DNA of 64,000 bases, from assembly GCA_965216785.1 (NCBI GenBank), contig OZ244197.1:640001-704000 (forward strand), read 5' to 3'. The DNA comes from Thermodesulfobacteriota bacterium. GTDB taxonomy: Bacteria > Desulfobacterota_D > UBA1144 > Nemesobacterales > UBA2774. A program made the position numbers and the translations under genes. The first letter of the stretch is position 1; each line of letters begins with the position of its first letter. The notes below the pieces were generated by a model. The model saw only the letters and a list, made by a program, of their open reading frames with translations, was not told the DNA's origin and made no database searches. This document shows, one piece after another, positions 52,155 to 61,120 of the stretch.

Positions 52155-54695
52155 ATGTGGATTAACCTAATTACTTCTAAATTATCACTAATTTCCGTAG
52201 TGTTTTTTCTGTTCATTTGCAGCATAAATACTATGGCTGATACCTTTACAGTAACTAATCTTGACGATTCAGGAACGGGTTCTTTACGTCAGTCTATACT
52301 AGACGCGAACGCGAATTCCAACGGCCCCGGCACAGTGGATGAAATAGTATTTGAGGACGGGCTTACAGGCACAATTACACTTCTGACGGGTGAGATGTCA
52401 ATCACCGATGATGTCACCATAACCGGACCCGGCTCTTCCGTAGTAACAATAGATGCAGATACTGCAAGTACGATATTTAATATCGATGACAGTGACATTA
52501 GCGATATAGCCGTATCTATCAGTGATCTGGCGTTTTTTAACGGCTCGGATACCGACGGGGGAGCTATACAAAATTCCGAGGATCTAACTATAAATTTCTG
52601 CTTTTTTGAAAATAACAACGCCTCTGAAGACGGCGGCGCTATCTATAATACGGGCACGATGAGCGTATCCAACAGCACCTTTAACGGGAATACATCAGGA
52701 TTTAATGGTGGCGCTATTTATAGCGACGGCGCTATAACAGAAATAACAGACACTAATTTTACGGGGAATTCTGCCGATTTTGATGGCGGCGCTATTTATA
52801 GTGGCGGCACAATATCTGAATTAACAAACAGTAATTTTAATGGAAATTCAGCATCCATTGGCGGTGCAATTGATAATGAGGGCGGCATAACCGACTTAAC
52901 AAACTGTTTCTTTACCGGCAATTCAGCCTCAGATGACGGAGGCGCCATTTTTAGTCGAGCCACAATATCAGACATAGCCAACTGTAGTTTTAGCGACAAT
53001 ACCGCCGATTTTGATGGTGGCGCCATCTACAATGACAGCACCATAACCGAAATTACAAGCTCTTCCTTTACCAACAATTCATCCGAAGAAGAAGGCGGCG
53101 CTATTTATAATCAGGACACAATTGGCGAAATAACAGGCTGCAGCTTTAGCGATAACACTTCCTGCTTTGGCGGCGCAATTAGTAATGAGGACACGATAAC
53201 CACAATAACCAACTCCGCATTTAGCACTAATACAGCTGATGAGCTTTTGGGAGGCGCTATTCATAATGACGGCACAATTAGTGAAATAACCTATAGCACC
53301 TTTAGCGACAACACGGCCGAAACCGGGGGAGCTATCGGTAACGAGGGGACAATAACTGAAATAATAAACAGCACTTTAAGCGGCAATAGTGCCGCTGATG
53401 AGGGCGGTGCAATTTTTAATGTAGGTTCTTTAAGCATTTCTTTCTCCACAATTGCAAATAATGAGACCGATACCGCAGGCGGGGGACTTCACAGTGACGA
53501 TGGGTTTTCAATCAACATTCGGAACTCCATAGTAGCTTTCAACACCGCGGCCACGGGGAATAACTGTTTTGGGGACATAGGAACAGGAACTGATGATACG
53601 AACAACTATTCGGATGACGACACATGCGGGTTTGACGGGGATGATTCTACCATACTACTGGATTCTCTTGCGGACAACGGAGGCCCCACACAAACAATCG
53701 CGCTGCTCGGCGGTGACCCACTGGACGGCGCTTCCAGCGACTGCGATACATTAAACGATTTAACTGTAGCTCTGACGAATGACCAGAGGTATTTTATTAG
53801 GCCCGTCGGTCCTGCATGCGATTCAGGCGCATATGAAAACGGACCATCTGCGTCCGTGAGAATAAAAAAAGTAACCGACCCTCCCGGAGGAGTAGGTTTT
53901 AATTTTACAACTACTGGTTTTGATGAGCTTGAGGGCTGCGGCCTCCTGGGAGACGGCGGTCAGTTAGTTTTGAACCACGGTGATTCAGAGAGCTGCGCTG
54001 TACCGTTCGGTAATTATACAGTTACGGAAACTATACCATCGGGCCAGGTTCTTAATATCTTCTGCAGTGACCTGCCGACAGATAGTACGGTTGATAATGA
54101 TACGGGTGAGTTAAGTTTTTCCATCTTGAATTCACAGTCCAACGTTGACTGTCTTTTTATAAACGTCCTTGCCGGTACTTTGATTAGTGCTACTGAGGAG
54201 CCGCCCGGAAATAACTGCGCGCAGGGTGGTGTAAAGATTGAGACCGGCCTAGATTTAAACTTAAACGGAGTGCTAGACCCTGATGAGGTCGTAAACACTT
54301 ACTTTGTATGTAACGGTGAACCCGGTGTCCAAGGCCCACCAGGACTTCAGGGACCACCCGGACCCCCAGGGCCTCCTGGACCGGAAGGACCCGCCGGACC
54401 AGAAGGACCATCTTCATTAATAAATCTTGAGCCGGAGCCACCCGGACCGAATTGTGAAAATGGGGGAGTGAAAATAGAAACGGGCGTGGACCTTGATGAA
54501 GACGGAGTGCTTGATCCAAACGAAGTTCAAGACACAGCTTATGTCTGTAATGGGCAGCAGGGACCGGAAGGACGAGATGGTAATAGTGGTTGCTCTATTG
54601 GAGCGGAAGGCTCAGCAAGCAATTCAAATCTTCTCTTGACAATTATCCCTCTTCTCATATTTGCAAGAAGATACCGAAGATCAATACTGAAATGA
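52155..54695 (+). CDS. Large surface protein: PMP-type GGAI/FxxN beta-helix repeats, two Cys/Asp-rich repeats flanking a collagen-like segment, C-terminal GC-TM-basic sorting signal
   Basis: 12 GGAI repeats with about 25-aa period; [10 protein letters not shown] (choice-of-anchor-Q-like); two [19 protein letters not shown]...LDPxEV repeats; tail GCSIG...[17 protein letters not shown]; start uncertain (52062-52155). Confidence 0.85.
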   Translation: MWINLITSKLSLISVVFFLFICSINTMADTFTVTNLDDSGTGSLRQSILDANANSNGPGTVDEIVFEDGLTGTITLLTGEMSITDDVTITGPGSSVVTIDADTASTIFNIDDSDISDIAVSISDLAFFNGSDTDGGAIQNSEDLTINFCFFENNNASEDGGAIYNTGTMSVSNSTFNGNTSGFNGGAIYSDGAITEITDTNFTGNSADFDGGAIYSGGTISELTNSNFNGNSASIGGAIDNEGGITDLTNCFFTGNSASDDGGAIFSRATISDIANCSFSDNTADFDGGAIYNDSTITEITSSSFTNNSSEEEGGAIYNQDTIGEITGCSFSDNTSCFGGAISNEDTITTITNSAFSTNTADELLGGAIHNDGTISEITYSTFSDNTAETGGAIGNEGTITEIINSTLSGNSAADEGGAIFNVGSLSISFSTIANNETDTAGGGLHSDDGFSINIRNSIVAFNTAATGNNCFGDIGTGTDDTNNYSDDDTCGFDGDDSTILLDSLADNGGPTQTIALLGGDPLDGASSDCDTLNDLTVALTNDQRYFIRPVGPACDSGAYENGPSASVRIKKVTDPPGGVGFNFTTTGFDELEGCGLLGDGGQLVLNHGDSESCAVPFGNYTVTETIPSGQVLNIFCSDLPTDSTVDNDTGELSFSILNSQSNVDCLFINVLAGTLISATEEPPGNNCAQGGVKIETGLDLNLNGVLDPDEVVNTYFVCNGEPGVQGPPGLQGPPGPPGPPGPEGPAGPEGPSSLINLEPEPPGPNCENGGVKIETGVDLDEDGVLDPNEVQDTAYVCNGQQGPEGRDGNSGCSIGAEGSASNSNLLLTIIPLLIFARRYRRSILK
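54315..54413 (+). repeat. Collagen-like (Gly-X-Y)11 coding repeat
   Basis: [33 protein letters not shown]. Confidence 0.9.
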
Positions 54696-54696
54696 G

Positions 54697-54739
54697 CTCG
54701 AAAGCCTGAAGCCCACGGTTCAAATCCCCCATCGCCCGC
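54697..54739 (+). repeat. Degenerate direct repeat of the tRNA-Arg 3' half (att-like site)
   Basis: 54717-54739 matches 51861-51883 at 22/23; ungapped extension to the anticodon loop (54697 vs 51841) gives 35/43. Confidence 0.8.
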
Positions 54740-54766
54740 ACTCTTTATCACCTTGACTGCCCGGAT

Positions 54767-54964
54767 TCAAATACGATACGCTAAATAATAGTATTCGTTC
54801 GGAATCGAGCTGTGTGCTTTTTTAGCTTTTTTCGCGCCGATAGGTTTTTTATCGCGGGACGTGCGGTTAGGGTTGTTCATCGCAGCGCGCACTGAGTCTT
54901 CCAAAATCTTATTGTCGAACATACTTTGAAGATCTAATGATTTTCTATTCCTAATAATGTTCAT
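54767..54964 (-). CDS. Small basic hypothetical protein, 65 aa
   Basis: GAGG SD; 11 nt downstream of the 89-aa gene on the same strand. Confidence 0.55.
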   Translation of the reverse strand: MNIIRNRKSLDLQSMFDNKILEDSVRAAMNNPNRTSRDKKPIGAKKAKKAHSSIPNEYYYLAYRI

Positions 54965-54975
54965 TTGCGGCCTCG

Positions 54976-55245
54976 TTAGGGTATAGGAACATATCCGTGA
55001 TTTATTTCACCATTTTGCATCATGTGACCGTATTTGGAGAATCGTACTAACGATCCGTCAGCTTGTTCGATCATTTCGCCTCTTTTAAGATGAAAGTACA
55101 TAGCTTCTATTTCACCTTCATTTAGTCCGAATTTTTCCCCCATACTGTAAATATCAAATGTATCTGCTGTACTTTCCTCAACCTCTTGGAATAATTTTGT
55201 TACTACATGGTCAAAACTCTCTACATCGGGTATCTCTCTTAGCAT
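54976..55245 (-). CDS. Small acidic hypothetical protein, 89 aa (possible winged helix)
   Basis: SD AGGAGG; own promoter TTGACA-N17-TACTAT; pattern GEKFGL...YFHLKRGEMIE...VRFSKYG. Confidence 0.7.
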   Translation of the reverse strand: MLREIPDVESFDHVVTKLFQEVEESTADTFDIYSMGEKFGLNEGEIEAMYFHLKRGEMIEQADGSLVRFSKYGHMMQNGEINHGYVPIP

Positions 55246-55265
55246 TGTTATGCCTCCTGTCTAGT

Positions 55266-55306
55266 TATTGTTTAACAATAGTATAACAACGCGAGGGTTT
55301 TGTCAA
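55266..55306 (-). promoter_or_regulatory. Sigma-70 promoter with a palindrome over the start site
   Basis: TTGACA(55306-55301)-N17-TACTAT(55283-55278); TATTGTT-T-AACAATA at 55266-55280. Confidence 0.6.
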
Positions 55307-55506
55307 GCATTTTTGCAAAATATCTTAAAAACTCGCAATATACAACTATATCAGCCTGTTACACGCTATTATACAGCAATACTATAGGAATTTTGGCAGT
55401 ATGGTAGCTAGACATATACTAGACAGCTCGAGCTGTCGAGGCTAATTCTTTAGTTCCGGCAGTAAAGCGCGGGGATGGAATCCGCTTAGCATATTTACAC
55501 CGGGAG

Positions 55507-55800
55507 TTATTTACCGAACTTCTTGTTGTATTTTTTCATACATCCGTTTACATAGCTTTCTACTACATCCGGACCGGTTTCAAAGCCCATTTCCTTAAAA
55601 TGCTCCTCCCAGAGCTTGTAGAATAAGGCTTCGCACTCTTCCTTAGCCTTCTCAGGCTGGTATTCGCTGTGATCGACAGCTATGGCTTTACCGCCCTGCT
55701 CTCCGAGAATTTCAGCTCTGAGCTGGCTATCGGTTTCAGCATACGTAAAGTGCGGCAAGAAAAAGAATAAAGCTCCAACTGCTATTAAAACTATTCTCAT
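55507..55800 (-). CDS. Small secreted hypothetical protein (two Cys)
   Basis: Signal peptide MRIVLIAVGALFFFLPHFTYA; SD GGAGG. Confidence 0.7.
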   Translation of the reverse strand: MRIVLIAVGALFFFLPHFTYAETDSQLRAEILGEQGGKAIAVDHSEYQPEKAKEECEALFYKLWEEHFKEMGFETGPDVVESYVNGCMKKYNKKFGK

Positions 55801-55935
55801 CTATTCCCTCCAAATGCCTTGATGTTCACATTATACAATATAACGTTTAAGAGCAGCGGATGGAATTAACGAATCTGGATACGCCGGCACTATTTATATT
55901 TGATAAGAATCTGAAATAATTTTATTCTATTGTTA

Positions 55936-57885
55936 ATGGCAAAAAAGACAAAGTCTCTCGGCAGTACTGAGGAAAATGAAGCTATTCTCGCAATCCTCGA
56001 TGGTACTTCAGCGGAGATAGGGCAGAACTTTTTCACTTCTCTAGTAAAGAACCTCTCAAAAGTGCTCCACACCGACGCCGCATGGGTAACTGAGTATTTT
56101 GAGGAAGAAAAGAGAATGAGCGCAAAGGCGTTTTACATGGGCGATGGATGGATAGATAATTTTGAATACCCGGTTGCCGACACCCCTTGTGAAACTGTGG
56201 TGACAGAGAAACGCCTGGTCCATATCAGAGACAATTTATTCGCCAAGTACAAGGGGAACCCCGAGCTAAAAGACTTCAGAAATCATAAAGTCGTGAGCTA
56301 TTTGGGTATTCCGTTTGAAGACGTTGATGGGAAGATACTGGGACACCTGTCGGTTATCGATTCGGAACCTATGCCCGAAGATCAGGAAGTGTTTAATATT
56401 TTCAGGATATTCGCAAACCGAGCGAGCGCCGAGATGCGCCGCCTTCGGGCGGAGAAAGAAACCCGGGAAAGGGAAGAGAAGCTGAGACGGCTCTTTGACA
56501 GCGCGATGGACGCCATTGTCGAGCTCGACAGTGACTTTAAAATTACAAGATTAAACACAGCTGCCGAAAAACTATTCGGTGCAAAAGGGGATAGGTTTCT
56601 GGGCAGGATGTTTAACCAGCTTCTTACGAAGACAAGCAGCGAAAAGCTGCTGCAGCTAACAGAGCATTTAGAACAAAGACCCGAAGGTGAGAAGTTTATC
56701 TGGATCCCGGGCGGTATTACGGCTGTAACTGACACAGGTAGTGAATTTCCGGCTGAGGCTACGATCTCAAAATTTGAGATGGATAATCAGGAGTTTTTCA
56801 CAATGATACTAAGAAACGTAAACGAGCGTCTTCAAGCGGAGCAGAAGATCCGCTCACTCACAAAAGAATCCGAGTACCTTAGAGAAGAGCTAAAATCCTT
56901 AACCGAAACGGACGGGATAATAGGTGAGAGCGAGGCGCTTTTAAGAGTTTTAGGCGACGTGAAGAAAGTTGCGCCCACTCAGGCGACTGTTTTGATTACA
57001 GGAGAAACAGGTACAGGAAAAGAGCTTATAGCAAGATCAATACACTCGATGAGCCCGAGAGCCGAAAAACCGTTTATTAAAGTTAACTGCCCGGCCATTC
57101 CCTCAAATCTGATAGAGAGCGAGTTTTTCGGCCACGAAGAGGGGGCGTTTACCGGAGCTACACGAAAGAGGGAAGGGCGCTTTAAAGTCGCGGACGGTGG
57201 TACGATATTTTTGGACGAGATAGGTGAGCTGCCTGTTGATCTTCAGTCAAAGCTTCTGCGCGTGCTGCAGGAAGGTGAGTTTGATCCCGTTGGCAGCTCG
57301 GATACAGAGAGGGTAGATGTAAGAGTCATAGCGGCTACGAACCGTAATTTACTTAAGGAAGTAAACGAAAAAAATTTCAGAGAAGACCTCTATTACAGAC
57401 TAAATGTTTTTCAGATCGAAGTTCCGCCGTTAAGGGAAAGGACTGAGGATATAGAAAAATTAGCACATGCCTTCATTGAAAAATTCTCAAAAAGAAACGG
57501 CATATCTATTGACCCAATAAGAGCAGAAGAGCTTGCGCGACTAAAGTCTTATAGCTGGCCAGGTAATGTGAGAGAGCTTCAGAATGTGATAGAACGCGCC
57601 GTTATCACGTCTGTGAGCGGAACTATAAATCTAGACCGGGCGCTTCCTGGCTCTGAAGTTATAACAGGCACACGAACTACTTCATCACCGGATACAAACG
57701 ATAGAAATGTTATGTCGGACACCGAGCTTAAGGAGCTCGAAAAAACAAATATTATACGCGCACTTAATAAAACAGGGTGGAAGATTGCCGGTGACAAGGG
57801 CGCTGCAGTGCTTCTGGGTCTTCCGACTTCAACACTGAATTCGAAGATCAAATCCCTTGGCATAACCAAAGCGGATAAAGAGTAG
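55936..57885 (+). CDS. Sigma-54-dependent transcriptional activator (GAF-PAS-AAA+-HTH, FhlA-like)
   Basis: [66 protein letters not shown]. Confidence 0.95.
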   Translation: MAKKTKSLGSTEENEAILAILDGTSAEIGQNFFTSLVKNLSKVLHTDAAWVTEYFEEEKRMSAKAFYMGDGWIDNFEYPVADTPCETVVTEKRLVHIRDNLFAKYKGNPELKDFRNHKVVSYLGIPFEDVDGKILGHLSVIDSEPMPEDQEVFNIFRIFANRASAEMRRLRAEKETREREEKLRRLFDSAMDAIVELDSDFKITRLNTAAEKLFGAKGDRFLGRMFNQLLTKTSSEKLLQLTEHLEQRPEGEKFIWIPGGITAVTDTGSEFPAEATISKFEMDNQEFFTMILRNVNERLQAEQKIRSLTKESEYLREELKSLTETDGIIGESEALLRVLGDVKKVAPTQATVLITGETGTGKELIARSIHSMSPRAEKPFIKVNCPAIPSNLIESEFFGHEEGAFTGATRKREGRFKVADGGTIFLDEIGELPVDLQSKLLRVLQEGEFDPVGSSDTERVDVRVIAATNRNLLKEVNEKNFREDLYYRLNVFQIEVPPLRERTEDIEKLAHAFIEKFSKRNGISIDPIRAEELARLKSYSWPGNVRELQNVIERAVITSVSGTINLDRALPGSEVITGTRTTSSPDTNDRNVMSDTELKELEKTNIIRALNKTGWKIAGDKGAAVLLGLPTSTLNSKIKSLGITKADKE

Positions 57886-57932
57886 CTTCAGCAAGCGGTT
57901 TTAAGTCTTTATATCGAGAATTCACCCATTTT

Positions 57933-57970
57933 ACTGGCGATATATCGCTAGTGGCGATATATCGCCACTA
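57933..57970. promoter_or_regulatory. Tandem palindromic upstream activating sequences (core GCGATATATCGC x2)
   Basis: Cores at 57937-57948 and 57954-57965; the second extends to the perfect 22-bp TAGTGGCGATATATCGCCACTA; about 100-120 bp upstream of the predicted sigma-54 start site. Confidence 0.75.
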
Positions 57971-58035
57971 TTAAGCCCTGCCCAGCTCAACACTAACCAC
58001 CCTATATTATTAATAATTATACAATTACCCAATAT

Positions 58036-58050
58036 TGGCACACCTCTTGC
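58036..58050 (+). promoter_or_regulatory. Sigma-54 (-24/-12) promoter
   Basis: TGGCAC-ACCTC-TTGC; GG and GC separated by exactly 10 bp. Confidence 0.85.
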
Positions 58051-58090
58051 GATTTGAAGTTAGCAAATAAATCATTAGGAGGTAAGCTAA

Positions 58091-58351
58091 ATGAAGAAGT
58101 TAGTAGCAATCACCGCATTAGGGTTAGCGTTCGGGTTATCAAACTCATCTTTTGCCTCGGACTACATGAGTATTTATACAAATAGTCCAGCATCTCAAGA
58201 TACGACTACTGAGATTACAGGCGGGGAAGTCGAGACAAGCCCAATGAGCTTTTACCTAAGCCCTGTAAAGAAGGGTACAGGCCGCGATCAAACGGCCAAG
58301 GCGGCTGACAATGACGAACCTACACTCTTGGTATTCGGCGTCAGCTTATAA
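58091..58351 (+). CDS. Small secreted protein of unknown function, 86 aa
   Basis: SD AGGAGG; Sec signal MKKLVAITALGLAFGLSNSSFA; first gene after the sigma-54 promoter. Confidence 0.8.
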   Translation: MKKLVAITALGLAFGLSNSSFASDYMSIYTNSPASQDTTTEITGGEVETSPMSFYLSPVKKGTGRDQTAKAADNDEPTLLVFGVSL

Positions 58352-58359
58352 CGGTTTCA

Positions 58360-58400
58360 TACAGGGCGTGAGTTAAATGCAGCAGAGCTTACGCCCTGTA
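58360..58400 (+). other. Intercistronic stem-loop
   Basis: TACAGGGCGTGAGT ... GCTTACGCCCTGTA; no U-tract follows. Confidence 0.6.
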
Positions 58401-58421
58401 AATAAACATAGGAGATGAAAA

Positions 58422-59240
58422 ATGAGCGGTCAAAATTTAGAGGCCAAAACTAAAGCGAGAGACACTTATAATTCAGCAGCGGACTGTTTCGATGATAGCC
58501 CGCTCGCATTCTGGGCAAAGTACGGCAGAAAAACGGTTGAGAGACTGTCGCTTGCACCCGGCTCGGTAGTACTGGACGTCGCATGCGGTACGGGCGCTTC
58601 CGCACTTCCGGCAGGTGAGATTGTAGGATGTACGGGAAAGGTGACGGGGATTGATGTCTCTGAGAACATGCTCGAGCTTGCAAGGGAAAAAGCAGAGAAG
58701 CTTAATCTCTGTAACACGGAGTTCGTGTTGGGCGATATGTCGGAGCTTACCTATAAGGACGAATCCTTTGACGCTGTAGTATGCGTGTTCGCCATATTCT
58801 TCATGCCCGATATGGAAGAGCAGGTAAGAGAGTTATGGCGAAAGGTTAAACCCGGCGGCAAGCTCGCCGTCACAACCTGGGGCCGCAATTTATTTGAGCC
58901 TGCATATGAAAATTGGAAGAACGCTGTTAAGGAAGTGAACCCGAAACTTTACTGCGCTTTTAACCCCTGGGACAGAATTTCCAAGCCTGAGTCACTTAGA
59001 AAACTGATGGAAGATGCCGGGACAACGAATATTACAGTTGAGCACGAAGAAGGAAAGCAGCCAATTGATAGCGCACCGGACTGGTGGACCATCGCACTAG
59101 GATCAGGGCTAAGGTGGACTATTGACCAGCTCGATCAAGACGAGCGAGAGAGAGTGAGAAAATCGAATTTGAAGTGGGTGGAAAAGAATAACGTGACGGC
59201 GGTTGATACAAACGTTATCTACGCTGTTGCAAATAAATAA
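58422..59240 (+). CDS. Class I SAM-dependent methyltransferase (UbiE-like fold)
   Basis: VLDVACGTG, GIDVSENML, SFDAVVC, KPGGKL; SD AGGAG. Confidence 0.9.
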   Translation: MSGQNLEAKTKARDTYNSAADCFDDSPLAFWAKYGRKTVERLSLAPGSVVLDVACGTGASALPAGEIVGCTGKVTGIDVSENMLELAREKAEKLNLCNTEFVLGDMSELTYKDESFDAVVCVFAIFFMPDMEEQVRELWRKVKPGGKLAVTTWGRNLFEPAYENWKNAVKEVNPKLYCAFNPWDRISKPESLRKLMEDAGTTNITVEHEEGKQPIDSAPDWWTIALGSGLRWTIDQLDQDERERVRKSNLKWVEKNNVTAVDTNVIYAVANK

Positions 59241-59268
59241 CGACAAACCAAAAAAGGAGAAAGTAAAA

Positions 59269-60087
59269 ATGAGGAGCATACCAAATATAGATGAAATTAA
59301 AGTGAAAATGAAAAACGCCTGGAATGCGGGTGATTACAGAAAGTTTGCGACCTATATGGAACCTGGGGCAATCGAAATTTTAAACGGATGGAATATATCC
59401 CCCGGAGAAACTATGCTGGATGTCGCTTGCGGCTCAGGGCAGATCTCAATCCCCGCGGCCAGGGCTGGCGTAAAGGTAACGGGGCTCGACATATCACCGA
59501 ACTGGGTTGCTTTTGCCAGGAACAGGGCTGAGCAGGAAGGACTGGACGCCAGGTTCGATGAGGGCGACGCAGAGAGCCTGCCGTATGAAGATAATTCATT
59601 TGACGTTGTGGCTACCATAGTCGGCGCTATGTTCGCTCCCCAGCCGGACAAAGTGGCGAGTGAGTTCCTGAGAGTGTGCAAGCCAGGAGGCAGGATTTTA
59701 ATGGTAAACTGGACGCCTGAAGGGATGGTTGGACATATGTTTAAAGAAATAGGTAAGCACGCTCCACCGCCCACTGGCGTAGCACCCCCGGTACTATGGG
59801 GTGATGAGAAAACTGTCAGGGAAAGGTTTCTGGACGGGATCGATTCCTTAAAACTGACTAGAAAAAATTACCCTCTCTGGACCTACCCGTTTGGGCCGGC
59901 AGAGCTAGTACAGTTTTTCTTTGATTGTTATGGGCCTACAGAAAAAGCCTACGAATCGCTGGACGAGCAGGGAAGAGAATCCTTGCGAGCAGGTCTTGAG
60001 ACAGTGTTTTCTAAGCACAATACGAGTACGAACGGCACAATAACACTCCAAGCAGAATACCTGGATGTAGAAGCGGTAAAAAAATGA
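59269..60087 (+). CDS. Class I SAM-dependent methyltransferase (second, different subfamily)
   Basis: MLDVACGSG, GDAESLPYEDNSFDVV, KPGGRI; SD AAGGAG before ATG 59269. Confidence 0.9.
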   Translation: MRSIPNIDEIKVKMKNAWNAGDYRKFATYMEPGAIEILNGWNISPGETMLDVACGSGQISIPAARAGVKVTGLDISPNWVAFARNRAEQEGLDARFDEGDAESLPYEDNSFDVVATIVGAMFAPQPDKVASEFLRVCKPGGRILMVNWTPEGMVGHMFKEIGKHAPPPTGVAPPVLWGDEKTVRERFLDGIDSLKLTRKNYPLWTYPFGPAELVQFFFDCYGPTEKAYESLDEQGRESLRAGLETVFSKHNTSTNGTITLQAEYLDVEAVKK

Positions 60088-60097
60088 GAGAATCCCC

Positions 60098-60121
60098 GGG
60101 GGCGGATGAGTATCCGTCCCC
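60098..60121. terminator. GC-rich hairpin between convergent genes
   Basis: GGGGGCGGAT-GAGT-ATCCGTCCCC. Confidence 0.55.
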
Positions 60122-60125
60122 CACT

Positions 60126-61118
60126 CTAGAGTCTGTCCATTGTCTGCTCAATTGCGCTTTGGATGTCCAGATCTTCATAGAGCACTCTGTACATGTGCTC
60201 GATCAGTATAGTATCCAGATTATTGGACCTGCAGAGGTTATAAATACTTTGAGTGTTTTTTATCCCTTCGGCTACCATCCCGTGCATTTGGGAATTAATC
60301 TCATCCATCGTGCGATCCTTGGCCAGCATCTCACCTACAAAGCGGTTTCTGCTGTGGCGGCTCGAGCAAGTGGCTATAAGGTCTCCGACCCCTGCGATGC
60401 TGAAGCAAGTTTCTTTATTCGCACCGAGGCTCACCGCGATACGGCTCATTTCGCTTAGCCCGAGAGTAAGGAGGCTCGCTTTTGCGTTGTCACCCATACC
60501 GAGCCCGTCGCAGATTCCAATGGCTATAGCTACTATGTTCTTAATCGCGCCGCAGAGCTCTACTCCTTTAATATCCCAAATGGGATAGGATTTGAAATTC
60601 GGAGTGTTAAGTAAATTACAGATGCTAATACTGAGCGCTTTATGCTCGGACGCGACTACAGTTGCAGTCGGAAGTCCTGTGGCAACTTCCTCTGCGTGGT
60701 TCGGGCCTGAGATCACGGCTATCTTAGAATATGCTCCGAGCTCTTCCTTAAGCACTTCAGACATCAGCTTGCAGGAACCTGATTCGATGCCTTTTACAGT
60801 ATGAAGGATCGGCAGACCCCTAATATGATCCGAGAACCGTATTGCCGTCTGTCTTAAATAATCGGACGGAACCGCGAATATCACAAGGTCACTATCGGTA
60901 ACAGACTTAGAAGGGCAGTGAGTGGCAACTACGCATTCGGGCAAAGCGTAGCCCTCAAGATACTGTTTATTTTCTCTTTCACGGTTTATTTTATCCGCCT
61001 GCTCTTCTCTTCTGCACCAAAGCCTTACATCTCGGGAGGAGCCTCCGAGCAATATTGCCAGGGAAGTACCTGAGCTGCCGGCGCCGATAATAGATATTTT
61101 TTCTGCCTTATCTTTCAA
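60126..61118 (-). CDS. gpsA: NAD(P)H-dependent glycerol-3-phosphate dehydrogenase
   Basis: GAGSSGT, ISGPNHAEEV, GAIKN, AGVGDLIATC...SRNR; TTG start 2 nt after plsC. Confidence 0.93.
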   Translation of the reverse strand: MKDKAEKISIIGAGSSGTSLAILLGGSSRDVRLWCRREEQADKINRERENKQYLEGYALPECVVATHCPSKSVTDSDLVIFAVPSDYLRQTAIRFSDHIRGLPILHTVKGIESGSCKLMSEVLKEELGAYSKIAVISGPNHAEEVATGLPTATVVASEHKALSISICNLLNTPNFKSYPIWDIKGVELCGAIKNIVAIAIGICDGLGMGDNAKASLLTLGLSEMSRIAVSLGANKETCFSIAGVGDLIATCSSRHSRNRFVGEMLAKDRTMDEINSQMHGMVAEGIKNTQSIYNLCRSNNLDTILIEHMYRVLYEDLDIQSAIEQTMDRL

Positions 61119-61120
61119 GG

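Noticed and set aside
60088-60100. GAATCCCC as a second att copy closing a larger island
   Set aside because: Only an 8-bp match to the tRNA, compatible with chance, so the right boundary of the accessory block is undefined.
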